The notes below the pieces were generated by a model. It was given only the letters and a program-made list of their open reading frames with translations. It had not been told where the DNA came from and ran no database searches. From a virus, in the IMG/VR virus record IMGVR_UViG_3300005613_000009, positions 1 to 64,000 of that record: a stretch of 64,000 nt of DNA. The stretch is one strand, 5' to 3'. The translations under genes and the position numbers were made by a program. Shown here piece after piece: positions 47,141-56,841 of this stretch (positions are counted from its first letter, which is position 1; each line of letters begins with the position of its first letter).

Positions 47141-48136
47141 TTATTTACTCTTTTGAGAAAACTTAACAATCCTATTTCCGTTAATGATATAATCGTATAA
47201 CCAAATATATTGATCAACAGCCTTAATCGGATCGCAATTTTGCCTAACCCACATTCTACCTTTCTTTCCAATTGATAAAATTTCACTACGATTTTCAAGG
47301 AAATACACGATTACGTCTTTGAGTGTTTTTTCCGTAACCGAAACAACAGGATTGTCCGGATAACAACTCATAACCAGATTGCTGACGGAACACAGGACAA
47401 CCTGTTCCATTGCCATAGATTCGATAGCAGACAATGCAAAACGGCCAACAGATATTTGATCAAACAACATATGTGCTTGTTGTTTTTGTACGAGGCATTC
47501 CTCGTTTGAAAGGCCTTCAAGTAGGATGAGTTCAATCGGATAATCTTTTTGCAAATCATCTATTATCGATAGAAACAAATCTGTTTTTTTGAAAGCTCTG
47601 TTTGTAGGTGAGTGAACTATTTTGATAGGTGTGTTAGAATCTAAAATGTTTGAAAATGATATTTCATGCCATGGACAAACTTTGTCCACATCAAACATAT
47701 CTGGGAAGTGATAAAACATAGGACCTGCATCTTCGAGCATTGTTGCATCTACCCAACTAATACCTTTAATTCCGGTCTGTTCATGCATATTTTTGATTTG
47801 AGGGCGATTATTCCTGAGATACGATCCATAATATTGAATGACACAATTCTTGGAATTCAAAATATTTTCAAATTTAACATCTCCAAAATTAATAGGTTGC
47901 CGTCCAATATGAAAAAAATCACCTTTTTTGACAACATCCTGTGCTGCTTTAATTGCTTTAGGATCTGCAATCTTTGTAGTCGCATCTTTGACTAAAACGA
48001 TATCTGTGTCATAGTTTAGATAATCCCCAACAATAATAATACACCTGGCTTTATGAATCGTATATTCATTAATTAACCTGGCAAGCATTGTTAAATTACC
48101 TGCAATATCATAATCACTGCATATAACAATATTCAT
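47141..48136 (-). CDS. GT-B (GT4-like) glycosyltransferase
   Basis: MNIVICSD start; VHSPTNRAFKKT; MLFDQI..G....ESMAME. Confidence 0.8.
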   Translation of the reverse strand: MNIVICSDYDIAGNLTMLARLINEYTIHKARCIIIVGDYLNYDTDIVLVKDATTKIADPKAIKAAQDVVKKGDFFHIGRQPINFGDVKFENILNSKNCVIQYYGSYLRNNRPQIKNMHEQTGIKGISWVDATMLEDAGPMFYHFPDMFDVDKVCPWHEISFSNILDSNTPIKIVHSPTNRAFKKTDLFLSIIDDLQKDYPIELILLEGLSNEECLVQKQQAHMLFDQISVGRFALSAIESMAMEQVVLCSVSNLVMSCYPDNPVVSVTEKTLKDVIVYFLENRSEILSIGKKGRMWVRQNCDPIKAVDQYIWLYDYIINGNRIVKFSQKSK

Positions 48137-48147
48137 AGGGTGCATAT

Positions 48148-48543
48148 CTAATTTTTACCTTTCAAATGTTTTATATTTTTCTCTCTTAAATAATTGCGGA
48201 TTGTTGTTTCGCTGACACCCAATACCCTATGCATTTTTTTTATAGTCATTTTATTGATTTGTTCTTTTGATAAAGTACGACAAAGATCTCGTTTAGGTGT
48301 TCTTATATTATTGGCACCACCATGTTTATGTGATCTTTTTATGTTATAGCCATCCAAGCGGCGGTATATATATATCCTGGAAACACCTAGTTGGTTTGCT
48401 ATTTGACTTGCGGTAAATTTTTTTATCAAAGTAGACAACATTTCTTGTTCGCTTTGAAAATTAGTATTGTACATATTGTTATACATAACAATATATTCTT
48501 CCCAGTTAATTATAGTTGGATATTTGTTTTCCCTCGATACCAT
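48148..48543 (-). CDS. Tandem-HTH DNA-binding protein
   Basis: SQIANQLGVSRIYIYRRL and KKMHRVLGVSETTIRNYL. Confidence 0.7.
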   Translation of the reverse strand: MVSRENKYPTIINWEEYIVMYNNMYNTNFQSEQEMLSTLIKKFTASQIANQLGVSRIYIYRRLDGYNIKRSHKHGGANNIRTPKRDLCRTLSKEQINKMTIKKMHRVLGVSETTIRNYLREKNIKHLKGKN

Positions 48544-48562
48544 TTAACCATTACTTTTTTTA

Positions 48563-49438
48563 TCAAGTTGGGTCATTAGCTTGATGAGTCCCTATATGTC
48601 TTAGTTGTGAACACAACGTAACGGCAGGTAGTACTTCATCTATGCCAAATCCATTACCATCTATAATTTTTTGGTAACTAAGAGTATGGAGATCTTTAAA
48701 ACCTTTAGACAACTCAAATTCTTTTCCGTTTAGGGTTAATAAACGTTTCGGAAGATAATTTTTTTCGATGCTCAATATAACCTTTATTACAAACATACCG
48801 ATTCTGAATTGTCCTATGGCTTTTCTTGGTTCTGTATACCATGATAAGACAGAACAAGAACCACCAAATAACCATAGTAGCAAATCAAACAAATGAATCC
48901 CTATATTGGTAGCAATTCCACCTGATTTTTCTATATTTGTTTTCCATGAATAATCGTACCAACAACCACGTGGCGTATAATATTCAAGTGATGCTACTTT
49001 TGCCAAACAATCAATATTGTCTGATATTTCTTGTTTTACCTGTAAAGCGGTTTCACTCAAACGAAGCTGTAAAATATTCCAAACTTTGCGACCACTTGAT
49101 AATTCAAGCTCTTTTAATTTGTCTATATTCTTTGGATTTAGTGTTAGAGGCTTTTCACAAATGGCATTAGCCCCAATTCGTAATGCAAACCTGCAATGTG
49201 CGTTATGGAGATAATTAGGTGAACAAATCGAGACATAATCGATTTTTTGATCCGAACAAAATCTATCAAACCGTTCAAACTCACGAAAATATAAAGCATC
49301 TGGAAAATATGAATCAAGGATGCCTACATTGTCATGAGGATCTATGCAGGCAATCAATTCACCGCCTACATCTTTGATGGCTTTCATATGTCGTTTTGCG
49401 ACAAATCCAGCAGCACCAATTAAAACAAATTTTTTCAC
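48563..49438 (-). CDS. Gfo/Idh/MocA dehydrogenase, WbpB/WlbA-like (NDP-sugar 3-dehydrogenase)
   Basis: FVLIGAAGFVAKRH, DPHDNVGILDSYFP, ICSPNYLH, ICEKPL, SGGIATNIGIHLFD. Confidence 0.9.
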   Translation of the reverse strand: MKKFVLIGAAGFVAKRHMKAIKDVGGELIACIDPHDNVGILDSYFPDALYFREFERFDRFCSDQKIDYVSICSPNYLHNAHCRFALRIGANAICEKPLTLNPKNIDKLKELELSSGRKVWNILQLRLSETALQVKQEISDNIDCLAKVASLEYYTPRGCWYDYSWKTNIEKSGGIATNIGIHLFDLLLWLFGGSCSVLSWYTEPRKAIGQFRIGMFVIKVILSIEKNYLPKRLLTLNGKEFELSKGFKDLHTLSYQKIIDGNGFGIDEVLPAVTLCSQLRHIGTHQANDPT

Positions 49439-49450
49439 TTAAATATCTCC

Positions 49451-49618
49451 TTACATTTTTTTATTTAAAGATGTGGTAGATGCATTTTTGAAATAAAATA
49501 TCACCGTTTTTTTAAGGAATTCAGGAACCGTTATTTCTGCGTCTACCGCTGCTTTGCGTATTAGCTTATGCAGATCCATCGGCACATTTTTCCATAAAAT
49601 TGATTTCGTGTGAGTCAT
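49451..49618 (-). CDS. 55-aa ribbon-helix-helix regulator (not in ORF track)
   Basis: MTHTKSILWKNVPMDLHKLIRKAAVDAEITVPEFLKKTV...: alternating strand followed by two helices; SD GGTGA. Confidence 0.7.
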   Translation of the reverse strand: MTHTKSILWKNVPMDLHKLIRKAAVDAEITVPEFLKKTVIFYFKNASTTSLNKKM

Positions 49619-49623
49619 GATTT

Positions 49624-49672
49624 AATCACCCATAGCGTAAATTTGAAGTCACTTTATACGCTATGAGTGATT
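49624..49672. promoter_or_regulatory. 16-bp inverted repeat (operator) over the promoter and RBS
   Basis: AATCACCCATAGCGTA (49624-39) / TACGCTATGAGTGATT (49657-72), one mismatch. Confidence 0.7.
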
Positions 49673-49679
49673 TTGTCAA
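49651..49679 (-). promoter_or_regulatory. Sigma70-type promoter of the sugar operon
   Basis: TTGACA-17 bp-TAAAGT on the minus strand upstream of the RHH gene. Confidence 0.65.
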
Positions 49680-49728
49680 GCACTTTTTTAAGATTGTAAG
49701 AATTCTTAGAAGTGTAAAGTGGTAGGGA

Positions 49729-50649
49729 TTATGCAGCTTTTTTCATTTTGATAATTCGTTTGGCTTGACCATCTTCGCTTAGACCTGAAAGGTCACCAAT
49801 ATCTTCACCAATTGTCTTAACAGCATATGCAAAATCTTCAGCAACTACCGCCGAAGACTTTAACTCTTTTGCAGTAACTTCGTTCATAACATCTTTTAGT
49901 TCTTCGACTTTTTCTTTGATTTCGTCGATATCAAATAATGACGCAATAGCCTCATATTCATCGATAAGCTTAAACGGTTTCTTCAGTGTAGCCGATGTAA
50001 TTTTTCCGGAACCATCAATGATACGAGATGAAATTTCTTTACAATTTTCAATGATTGCATTTTGCGCGTCTTTGATATAGACCTCTTTCAACTCTTCAAT
50101 GCTTTTTTTGTAATCATTAACACACTCATTTTTGATATCAATTAATTCATCAGGGTCGGCCTGATTAACTTTTGTAGTACCGATTTCAAACACAACGACC
50201 TTTATCTTGAAAGCTTTTCGGATTTTTTCAGGTGTCGGCCAATCAGCGTTTCTCAGCTCCGGATACAACATTTCCCGTTCTTTACGGATATTGTCATATT
50301 CTCCAAGAAAGTTTTCAACATTTTGTTTCATTTCATCGATATATCCATCTACACCTACTTTAGTCATAGCAAGATTTTTATTAGGAATTGCTCGAACACC
50401 ACGAAGGATAAACGGTTTTCCCATTTTTTTCAGAAAACCTGTAAGTTTAGTCCTGGGGCGATTTAATATGACCCTTTGTTCATAAGGTAACATCTCCTTA
50501 GTTCCAAGTTTAAAAATAGATGATATCTCATCCTCTGTTTTCCCTATATCTTCAGGCCTAAGCTTGTCCTTTCCAGACCAACCAGATGAAGATATGGCCC
50601 AAAGTGTGCAATTTTCCATTAAGGTTTGTTCGGTATTTATTTCTGGCAT
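49729..50649 (-). CDS. DUF3150-like protein
   Basis: WSGKDKLRPEDI...LGTKEML...FL.EYD pattern; family from memory. Confidence 0.6.
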   Translation of the reverse strand: MPEINTEQTLMENCTLWAISSSGWSGKDKLRPEDIGKTEDEISSIFKLGTKEMLPYEQRVILNRPRTKLTGFLKKMGKPFILRGVRAIPNKNLAMTKVGVDGYIDEMKQNVENFLGEYDNIRKEREMLYPELRNADWPTPEKIRKAFKIKVVVFEIGTTKVNQADPDELIDIKNECVNDYKKSIEELKEVYIKDAQNAIIENCKEISSRIIDGSGKITSATLKKPFKLIDEYEAIASLFDIDEIKEKVEELKDVMNEVTAKELKSSAVVAEDFAYAVKTIGEDIGDLSGLSEDGQAKRIIKMKKAA

Positions 50650-50687
50650 ATTATTTCTCCTTTCCTTTTCTGTATAATATTTATAAT

Positions 50688-51056
50688 TTAAGTCTTATTT
50701 TTGATTTTAGACATCATTTTTTCAAGATCATTTAATACACCCATTTTTTCCTGTATTTGATTAACTAATGAATCTTTTGTTTTAATGTTTTGAAACATTT
50801 GCAAACCAACATCTGACAACCATTCAGAAGCAACTTCACCAACCGATGTATCAGTGTCTCTTGCGCAACCATAAAGGATTTTCCAGACAAGTCTTGGGAT
50901 GGATATATAAACCGGGATAGTATCTTCATATAAAAAATCACTTTCATCGACTGTGATTTGAAAATTAACTTTTGTTGTTGGTTTCATAAACCGTTTCATA
51001 AAATCTTGCTGTGTATACTTATGGCTTTTAACCTTTAACTTTTTAAGATCTTCCAT
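50688..51056 (-). CDS. Hypothetical protein, possibly RHH-like
   Basis: 122 aa, SD GAAAGGA; VYISIPRLVWKILYGCARDTDTSVGEVASEWL. Confidence 0.55.
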   Translation of the reverse strand: MEDLKKLKVKSHKYTQQDFMKRFMKPTTKVNFQITVDESDFLYEDTIPVYISIPRLVWKILYGCARDTDTSVGEVASEWLSDVGLQMFQNIKTKDSLVNQIQEKMGVLNDLEKMMSKIKNKT

Positions 51057-51144
51057 AAATGTCCTTTCAAGAAAAAGTAAAAAAAATATATATCTTATTT
51101 ACAAAACAACAGATAAAAAAAATAAAAAAATAAGTCTGTTAAAT

Positions 51145-52713
51145 CTAAGCAAATTCGCCAAGGCTTGGTTTGGTTTTCCATCCTTTGTTTACCTTACGCA
51201 TAGCAGTTACATGCTGAAGTTCCTCTTGTTGTTCTTCACTGGCCCAAACACAAATACTTTTAGCCTTGCTTCGAATTTTGCTAATCTGTTTTCCAATAGC
51301 CTCATTTGATGGAATAAGATATTTTCTAGCTTTGTCTACATCGCAGTTCAACATAGCCATATTTCTTGCAAGCTTCGCGATGTCAGCACCGGAAAATCCA
51401 GTAAAATCGTAACCATTGGGAATTTTTACTTCATATTGTTTACTCCAAATTTTAGCAATGTCTTCAGCCTCTTTCTGGCTTGGCAAATCTACAAAGAATA
51501 TGATATCCATTCTTCGAACAAGTGCTCCACCAGTAACATGCACAAAATCATCAAGGTTGTTTAAGGTTAGATAATAAAACGGTTTAATCTTTTTTTCTTC
51601 TCTTTTGTCCCATTCGATTAAAAATGTTTGAACAATTCGTTGTCCAACACCACTGTCAAGGTCGCCTGATCCGCTACCTGAAATACATTTGTCAAACTCA
51701 TCCAAGATAACAAATGGATTTCCCATGGCATTAACAATTTTGAACATCTCTGAAAGGCGTTTTTCAGCATCTCCTTGGTATTGGCCTCTAACCCCATTGA
51801 GGTTGGCAAACAAACATGCTAAATTCATTTCGTTGGCAATAACTTTACCTGCCAGTGTTTTCCCACATCCTGGAACACCGTATGTTGCAACAGCCATAGA
51901 CAACGGATCGTTAATAGTATCCTTAAGCCATTTAAGAACTTTTTCATTTCCGGCGATATGCTCACTAGTTTCTTTTGGAGTAATATATGTTAAAATAGAT
52001 GAGCTATTTAACTTCGATGCCTTTTCATTTAGAATGATTTTATTTTCAATTTCTGCTTTTTCCGCCAAGCTGTAACCGATTGCATTTTTTGCACCTTCTT
52101 CTGTTAGGCCTAACATCGATTTCACAACTGTTTCTGAATCTTCTGGGACATCTATATTATTGTCCTTACACATAATCCTTAATATATTTTTTAACTCTTT
52201 AGTGTTAGGCATATCAAATTCAATCGGTTTGATATCATTTGAGAGTGCAAACGGAATAAATTGCTTAGCAGACAAAAACACAACCATTTGTTCCGATTTA
52301 ATTAATTGCTCCTTAATATTGATAGCACTTCTAACGACCTCAACTTTTTCAAAGAATTCGTGGAAATCATGCATAAAAATGATAGAAGATACTGGCATAA
52401 GCTTCAAAACATTAAATGCTACAACAGGATCTTGGACCTTTTCAGCATTAGGTGGAGCTGGAATCTGAAGATTAATGGAAGAAATTTCACCGGTTTCTAG
52501 GTAATCAGCAAAGCCGTTGATAGCAACATTATACCAAACCCATTCTTTTTTATCACCATTCGGATTTTGAATCGTTCGAAATCCTTCAACAATATCCCAT
52601 CTAAAAAAATGAATTTCTTTACTGATCTTTTCCCTGTAAAATCTGATACACCGTTCTTCTTCTGTAGTAGAACAATATAAGAACGGGTATCTTGCTGCAT
52701 GATATGATTCCAT
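51145..52713 (-). CDS. AAA+ ATPase (Ycf46-like architecture)
   Basis: Walker A GVPGCGKT, Walker B VILDEFDK, FFVDLP, FSGADI; degenerate N-terminal domain ending in PIEFDMP. Confidence 0.85.
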   Translation of the reverse strand: MESYHAARYPFLYCSTTEEERCIRFYREKISKEIHFFRWDIVEGFRTIQNPNGDKKEWVWYNVAINGFADYLETGEISSINLQIPAPPNAEKVQDPVVAFNVLKLMPVSSIIFMHDFHEFFEKVEVVRSAINIKEQLIKSEQMVVFLSAKQFIPFALSNDIKPIEFDMPNTKELKNILRIMCKDNNIDVPEDSETVVKSMLGLTEEGAKNAIGYSLAEKAEIENKIILNEKASKLNSSSILTYITPKETSEHIAGNEKVLKWLKDTINDPLSMAVATYGVPGCGKTLAGKVIANEMNLACLFANLNGVRGQYQGDAEKRLSEMFKIVNAMGNPFVILDEFDKCISGSGSGDLDSGVGQRIVQTFLIEWDKREEKKIKPFYYLTLNNLDDFVHVTGGALVRRMDIIFFVDLPSQKEAEDIAKIWSKQYEVKIPNGYDFTGFSGADIAKLARNMAMLNCDVDKARKYLIPSNEAIGKQISKIRSKAKSICVWASEEQQEELQHVTAMRKVNKGWKTKPSLGEFA

Positions 52714-52775
52714 GATCTCCTCCTGACAAATTTATTTAGTTTTTAAAAAAAACAGATAAAAAAAATATACCCATT

Positions 52776-52949
52776 CTACTTTTTTAATATTTTATTGGCG
52801 ACATCCACACCGCTATTATATACCGTAACCCATGCATAATTTCTTTCATTGATCCTGTTAAATGATCGTTTGTAAACAAAGACCTCGTAAAAACCCAAGA
52901 CAAATGCAAAGAATAAACTATTTTGAATTTGATAGAATATCTTACTCAT
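52776..52949 (-). CDS. Small hypothetical protein
   Basis: Likely start MSKIFY at 52949, overlapping the upstream stop. Confidence 0.45.
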   Translation of the reverse strand: MSKIFYQIQNSLFFAFVLGFYEVFVYKRSFNRINERNYAWVTVYNSGVDVANKILKK

Positions 52950-53826
52950 TGTTTTTTCTCTTTCGATAATCTGTACCATTAAAGTAAATTACATCTGTCA
53001 TATCGGCAAGACGTGATGCTGTTCGTTCATCAATCTTCTGAGCAATTTCCATGAGACTAAGATTTGTAGTTATAATTACTGGGGATAGATTGTTATCGCG
53101 TTCACTAATAATATAGTTGACAATTTGACGATTCCATTCAGTGGTTTTCTCTATTCCAAAATCGTCTAATACTAGAAAAGGATGTGTTGCATATTCTTTA
53201 AGGTAATATTCCTCTGTTTCATGTTTATTAGCTCCATTGCTAAATGCACGTCTAATTTTCAAGAAGAGGTCAGGCATCGAAGTAAACAACCCTTGATTAC
53301 CTTTTAGAATATTTTCTCTTAATATTGAAACAGCAAGATGTGTTTTCCCAGTTCCGCATGGCCCATAGAGATATAGTCCCTTATCGAAATACTCTTTAAG
53401 CGTATAATTATAGCAAAAATCAACATTTGATCTATTACCTCTATAAACTTGAAAGTTTGCAAAAGAGCATGCCAAATACTTTATTGGAACCCCTGCCTTT
53501 TTAAGATATTTTTCAGTATTTATTCGAATATCGTTTATGTGATCACACCTACTGCAGCATTTTGTTTCATTATTGTAATTAATAAACTGCCATTTTTTAT
53601 CGGTTGGATTCCACTCGCTTGAAATAACTTTTCGGCATTGTTTACATAATATATCTGATGGTTGTAAACCTCTAGTTCCTTGTTGTTTTTCTTTAATTCT
53701 ATCTACAATTCGACGATAATATGTGCTTTGTCCATCTTTATTTGGTTTTGATACAGGTAGACTCCTTTTGATTAATGATATGCTTGGTTTATTAATTAAA
53801 TTTCGGTAAAAATATAATTCATTCAT
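52942..53826 (-). CDS. DnaC/IstB-like helicase-loader ATPase
   Basis: GPCGTGKT, LVLDDFG, ITTNLS, RTASRL; N-terminal Cys pairs. Confidence 0.88.
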   Translation of the reverse strand: MNELYFYRNLINKPSISLIKRSLPVSKPNKDGQSTYYRRIVDRIKEKQQGTRGLQPSDILCKQCRKVISSEWNPTDKKWQFINYNNETKCCSRCDHINDIRINTEKYLKKAGVPIKYLACSFANFQVYRGNRSNVDFCYNYTLKEYFDKGLYLYGPCGTGKTHLAVSILRENILKGNQGLFTSMPDLFLKIRRAFSNGANKHETEEYYLKEYATHPFLVLDDFGIEKTTEWNRQIVNYIISERDNNLSPVIITTNLSLMEIAQKIDERTASRLADMTDVIYFNGTDYRKRKNNE

Positions 53827-54203
53827 GAATAAACCTTATCTTTAAGTGGATTAGAGTCTAAAATATCTTCAGGCGTCCATCCGTTTTGATGAAAAAATTT
53901 CCTAACTGCCTCACACTTTACCATAACTAATGTCTTTTTTTCTGATGCGATATAAACAATGTTTTCTGCATAAAGATCAACACCATTCATGCCTGTAAGC
54001 AATGTAATAACCTGCTCTTTCTTTTTGCTTTTTAGTTTCAATACAAATCTTGGATCAAGTGGTATATCTTCTATTGCATAGTTCATCTCAGCGTTAACAC
54101 ATACTGTAGCTAAATCTTTTAATTTAAAACTCATTGAATTTAAGCTCCTTTGACTAGTTTGTAGCTGATTTAAGTGTTTTTTGTTTATTTCGTTCACCTT
54201 CAT
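53823..54203 (-). CDS. Hypothetical protein
   Basis: 126 aa, overlapping both neighbours in operon. Confidence 0.55.
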   Translation of the reverse strand: MKVNEINKKHLNQLQTSQRSLNSMSFKLKDLATVCVNAEMNYAIEDIPLDPRFVLKLKSKKKEQVITLLTGMNGVDLYAENIVYIASEKKTLVMVKCEAVRKFFHQNGWTPEDILDSNPLKDKVYS

Positions 54204-55074
54204 TAATTTTATAGATTATTGACCGATACAGGATTTCAACAGATTCCCTGTCTAAAAGATTTAATCTGTCTGGGTCCTTCCAGTCAATAGATTTATTAGT
54301 TAAAAGCTGTTGATAGAATTCATCACCAACTTGAAACCTGAAGACATTATTTATCATCGCAACCATAGAAGCCTGCGTATCCTGATCTGTGTAAGATCGC
54401 AATGTCCTATAAAAAGCAGTCTTATCATGATCTTCAATTATATCATTTACGGAATTGAAATTATATATTTTAAGCGTTGCATCGAATACCCCAGGACTGA
54501 CAATTTTCTGAAGATCAGCGATTGCATCTTGAAATTTCAAGTTTTTCTGCTTTGCTGAAGTTAATACATGAACATTGTTCGGAGGATTTTTAGGTTGTAA
54601 TTCGCTTTTTGTGTTATCAGTAAAATATTCACGCATTTGTGCGATATATTTATTGTCGTCAAACTTTCCCATGAAAACATCTGCATTGAATCCAAGTTTC
54701 GAAATTTCTTTAGTAAACGCATCAGTTCGAACCTTTTTTACGCAGTCTTCATCTATGCCATTTTTATCCTTTATTCGAGCAGCGGATGCCATGGGAATTT
54801 CAAAACGATTATTGTCTCGTTTATACCATAATATTGCAGAATAGAACAATAAATTTATATTATCAAGAAATTGATATTGTTCATGATCAATTCCCCATGA
54901 TATACCGTACATGCCAAATTCTTTTGTTACGTTTTTTAATTGAACCTGGGCATCAATTGCTGTAAATTTACGACTTCCATACTCTACTTTCTTTGTTGTA
55001 TTAGGATCCGTTTTTTCGACTTTATTCCAAAACGCGATATTTTGGGCATTTTTATCTGTTTCATCTAATGGCAT
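54154..55074 (-). CDS. Rad52/Sak-like single-strand annealing protein
   Basis: FTAIDAQ.Q....T..FG.YG..WG and TDAFTKEISKLGFNADVFMGKFDD motifs; next to an exonuclease. Confidence 0.7.
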   Translation of the reverse strand: MPLDETDKNAQNIAFWNKVEKTDPNTTKKVEYGSRKFTAIDAQVQLKNVTKEFGMYGISWGIDHEQYQFLDNINLLFYSAILWYKRDNNRFEIPMASAARIKDKNGIDEDCVKKVRTDAFTKEISKLGFNADVFMGKFDDNKYIAQMREYFTDNTKSELQPKNPPNNVHVLTSAKQKNLKFQDAIADLQKIVSPGVFDATLKIYNFNSVNDIIEDHDKTAFYRTLRSYTDQDTQASMVAMINNVFRFQVGDEFYQQLLTNKSIDWKDPDRLNLLDRESVEILYRSIIYKINEGERNKQKTLKSATN

Positions 55075-55100
55075 TTTCCTGCTCCTTTCTTTTGTGATAC

Positions 55101-56075
55101 CTATGCTACTTTTTTCATAACATATTTTTCTCTGGCACGTAGATCCATTTGCCTACAGCTATCTGATACCTCACAGTATTGTTTACATCTTTGACCATTC
55201 CATGATTCCCAGGCATTGCATTCTCTGACCCAATTATCCCTAAATGCCTGATCAACTTCTGCCTGAAGTTTATTGTAAAAATTTAAAACTTCTTCATCAG
55301 GCAAGATAGGGATAGGAATGATATAAAGATTTTTATCAATACCACGACTTTTGGCTATGTATGTATTACCATCTCTGACAACTGCCTGAACCTGGATTCT
55401 GGATATCTTAAAACCTATCCTTTCGAAAAAGATCCTGTATCTATTGAGCTGTAACGATACTTCTTTTAAATCGGCTTTTTCAGGATTACATTCATATCGT
55501 GACAACATCTTGGGTTTGCCCTTGTTCTTGCCTGTTTTGAGTAAAACTGGTTTATTGTTGATGTCTAACATCGGCCTTTGTGTTTTAACAATGCCAAGAC
55601 TGGATGCAACCTTAAAACTACCCCATGTTTTATAGTCTGTTAGTATGTATTTATCGTTGCTTGCTTCGTCTAATTCGAGTACATCTGCAATACCACGCAT
55701 TTGTTCATCACTAAGTTTTTCTTCTGACAAAACATTATGTGTATACTGGTGGATTGAAAGCTTTTCGTGTGTAGACGTACCAAAGGCTGCAAAAGTTCGA
55801 TCGTTTGGATCAATTGCGTAATCCGTTGTTGCTTTAAGGTACAACAATCGAGGACCAGTGCCTGCTGCTGATGGTGAAACACCATTCCATTTGCGATCAT
55901 AACCTATAAGCCTGAGATACGGCAAAGTTGCACAACGCTCAATCATTTGACATCCATTAGGCTTCAAGCAGTCATTGATCGGAATTTGATGCTTTTCGTC
56001 TTGCCAGACAAAATTCTTAGCACGATAACTGGCTTTATACCATCCAGGTTGACATATAAACCATTTTGCTGGCAT
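55101..56075 (-). CDS. Cas4-like PD-(D/E)XK exonuclease
   Basis: GIADVL...LTDYKT, QLNRY, C-terminal C...C...C...C cluster. Confidence 0.75.
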   Translation of the reverse strand: MPAKWFICQPGWYKASYRAKNFVWQDEKHQIPINDCLKPNGCQMIERCATLPYLRLIGYDRKWNGVSPSAAGTGPRLLYLKATTDYAIDPNDRTFAAFGTSTHEKLSIHQYTHNVLSEEKLSDEQMRGIADVLELDEASNDKYILTDYKTWGSFKVASSLGIVKTQRPMLDINNKPVLLKTGKNKGKPKMLSRYECNPEKADLKEVSLQLNRYRIFFERIGFKISRIQVQAVVRDGNTYIAKSRGIDKNLYIIPIPILPDEEVLNFYNKLQAEVDQAFRDNWVRECNAWESWNGQRCKQYCEVSDSCRQMDLRAREKYVMKKVA

Positions 56076-56162
56076 GTTAATTCTCCACTAAAGATATTTA
56101 CAATTTCTATTGTTAATAATAAATTCATAAAAAAACAGATGAAAAAATGAACAGACAAACTT

Positions 56163-56324
56163 TTATTCATTTTTGTTTGGTTTATCACATTCAACAACTT
56201 CATAATGATTTTCAGGATGCATCTCGCACATTTGATCGTATTCAATATTTGCTTCATGTAGATTTTTGAAAATATCAGGTTCATCAGGTTCAACAGGAAT
56301 ATAGCAATCTAATCGATAAAACAT
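56163..56324 (-). CDS. 53-aa acidic hypothetical protein (not in ORF track)
   Basis: MFYRLDCYIPVEPDEPDIF...; SD AAGAGGT; fills an intergenic gap on the coding strand. Confidence 0.6.
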   Translation of the reverse strand: MFYRLDCYIPVEPDEPDIFKNLHEANIEYDQMCEMHPENHYEVVECDKPNKNE

Positions 56325-56403
56325 TTTTTATACCTCTTTTATATTATAAATATATCAACAACACTGGGCCGAATACCTGTCAAAATAATTACTTTATTTA
56401 GCT

Positions 56404-56841
56404 CTAAGCTGGCATATTGATTGTTATTTTTTTCCATCCAGGCTTACTTTTCAACGTTTCTTTTGTCCATGTTCGGTTTTTGGATTTACATGTTAATTCT
56501 GTTTTTGCAATTCCATATGCCTGTTTCAAGAGACCACCGCTCTCACCAACCTTTTCGTTCAATCGACCACCTTTCCAGAAATCGTATAACAATTTCCATT
56601 TATTGTTCTTTTTAACAACACCTATTTCATAACTATATCCGGGAATATGGATTGCGTGGGAACAATGACCCATATCCTCCTCTGTAAATCCTTCGGGTAA
56701 TGGGTAATCACCAACATAACTACCAAACCATCCGAAATGTTTTTGTCCTTGTCGAAACTCCCATTTTTGATTTTTGCACATATGTTTGAGAGCATCGATA
56801 TCGTAATTTTCATTTGGATCTATTGTCATCACATGGCTCAT
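56404..56841 (-). CDS. DUF1257 (Ycf35-like) protein
   Basis: MSHVMTI, GYSYEIGVVK, LYDFW, LKQAYG motifs; SD GGAGGAG. Confidence 0.7.
   Translation of the reverse strand: MSHVMTIDPNENYDIDALKHMCKNQKWEFRQGQKHFGWFGSYVGDYPLPEGFTEEDMGHCSHAIHIPGYSYEIGVVKKNNKWKLLYDFWKGGRLNEKVGESGGLLKQAYGIAKTELTCKSKNRTWTKETLKSKPGWKKITINMPA

Noticed and set aside
38886-49438. Host O-antigen locus flanking a prophage
   Set aside because: No wzx/wzy/wzz or ABC exporter. It contains phage-type MazG and HTH genes and has phage-like genes on both sides.
52497-52700. 67-aa minus ORF inside the AAA gene
   Set aside because: It is an alternative-frame overlap with no RBS or recognisable motif.
55101-56075. Cas4 as evidence of a CRISPR-Cas system
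   Set aside because: No cas1/cas2 or array. Next to a Sak-like gene it fits a phage recombination exonuclease.
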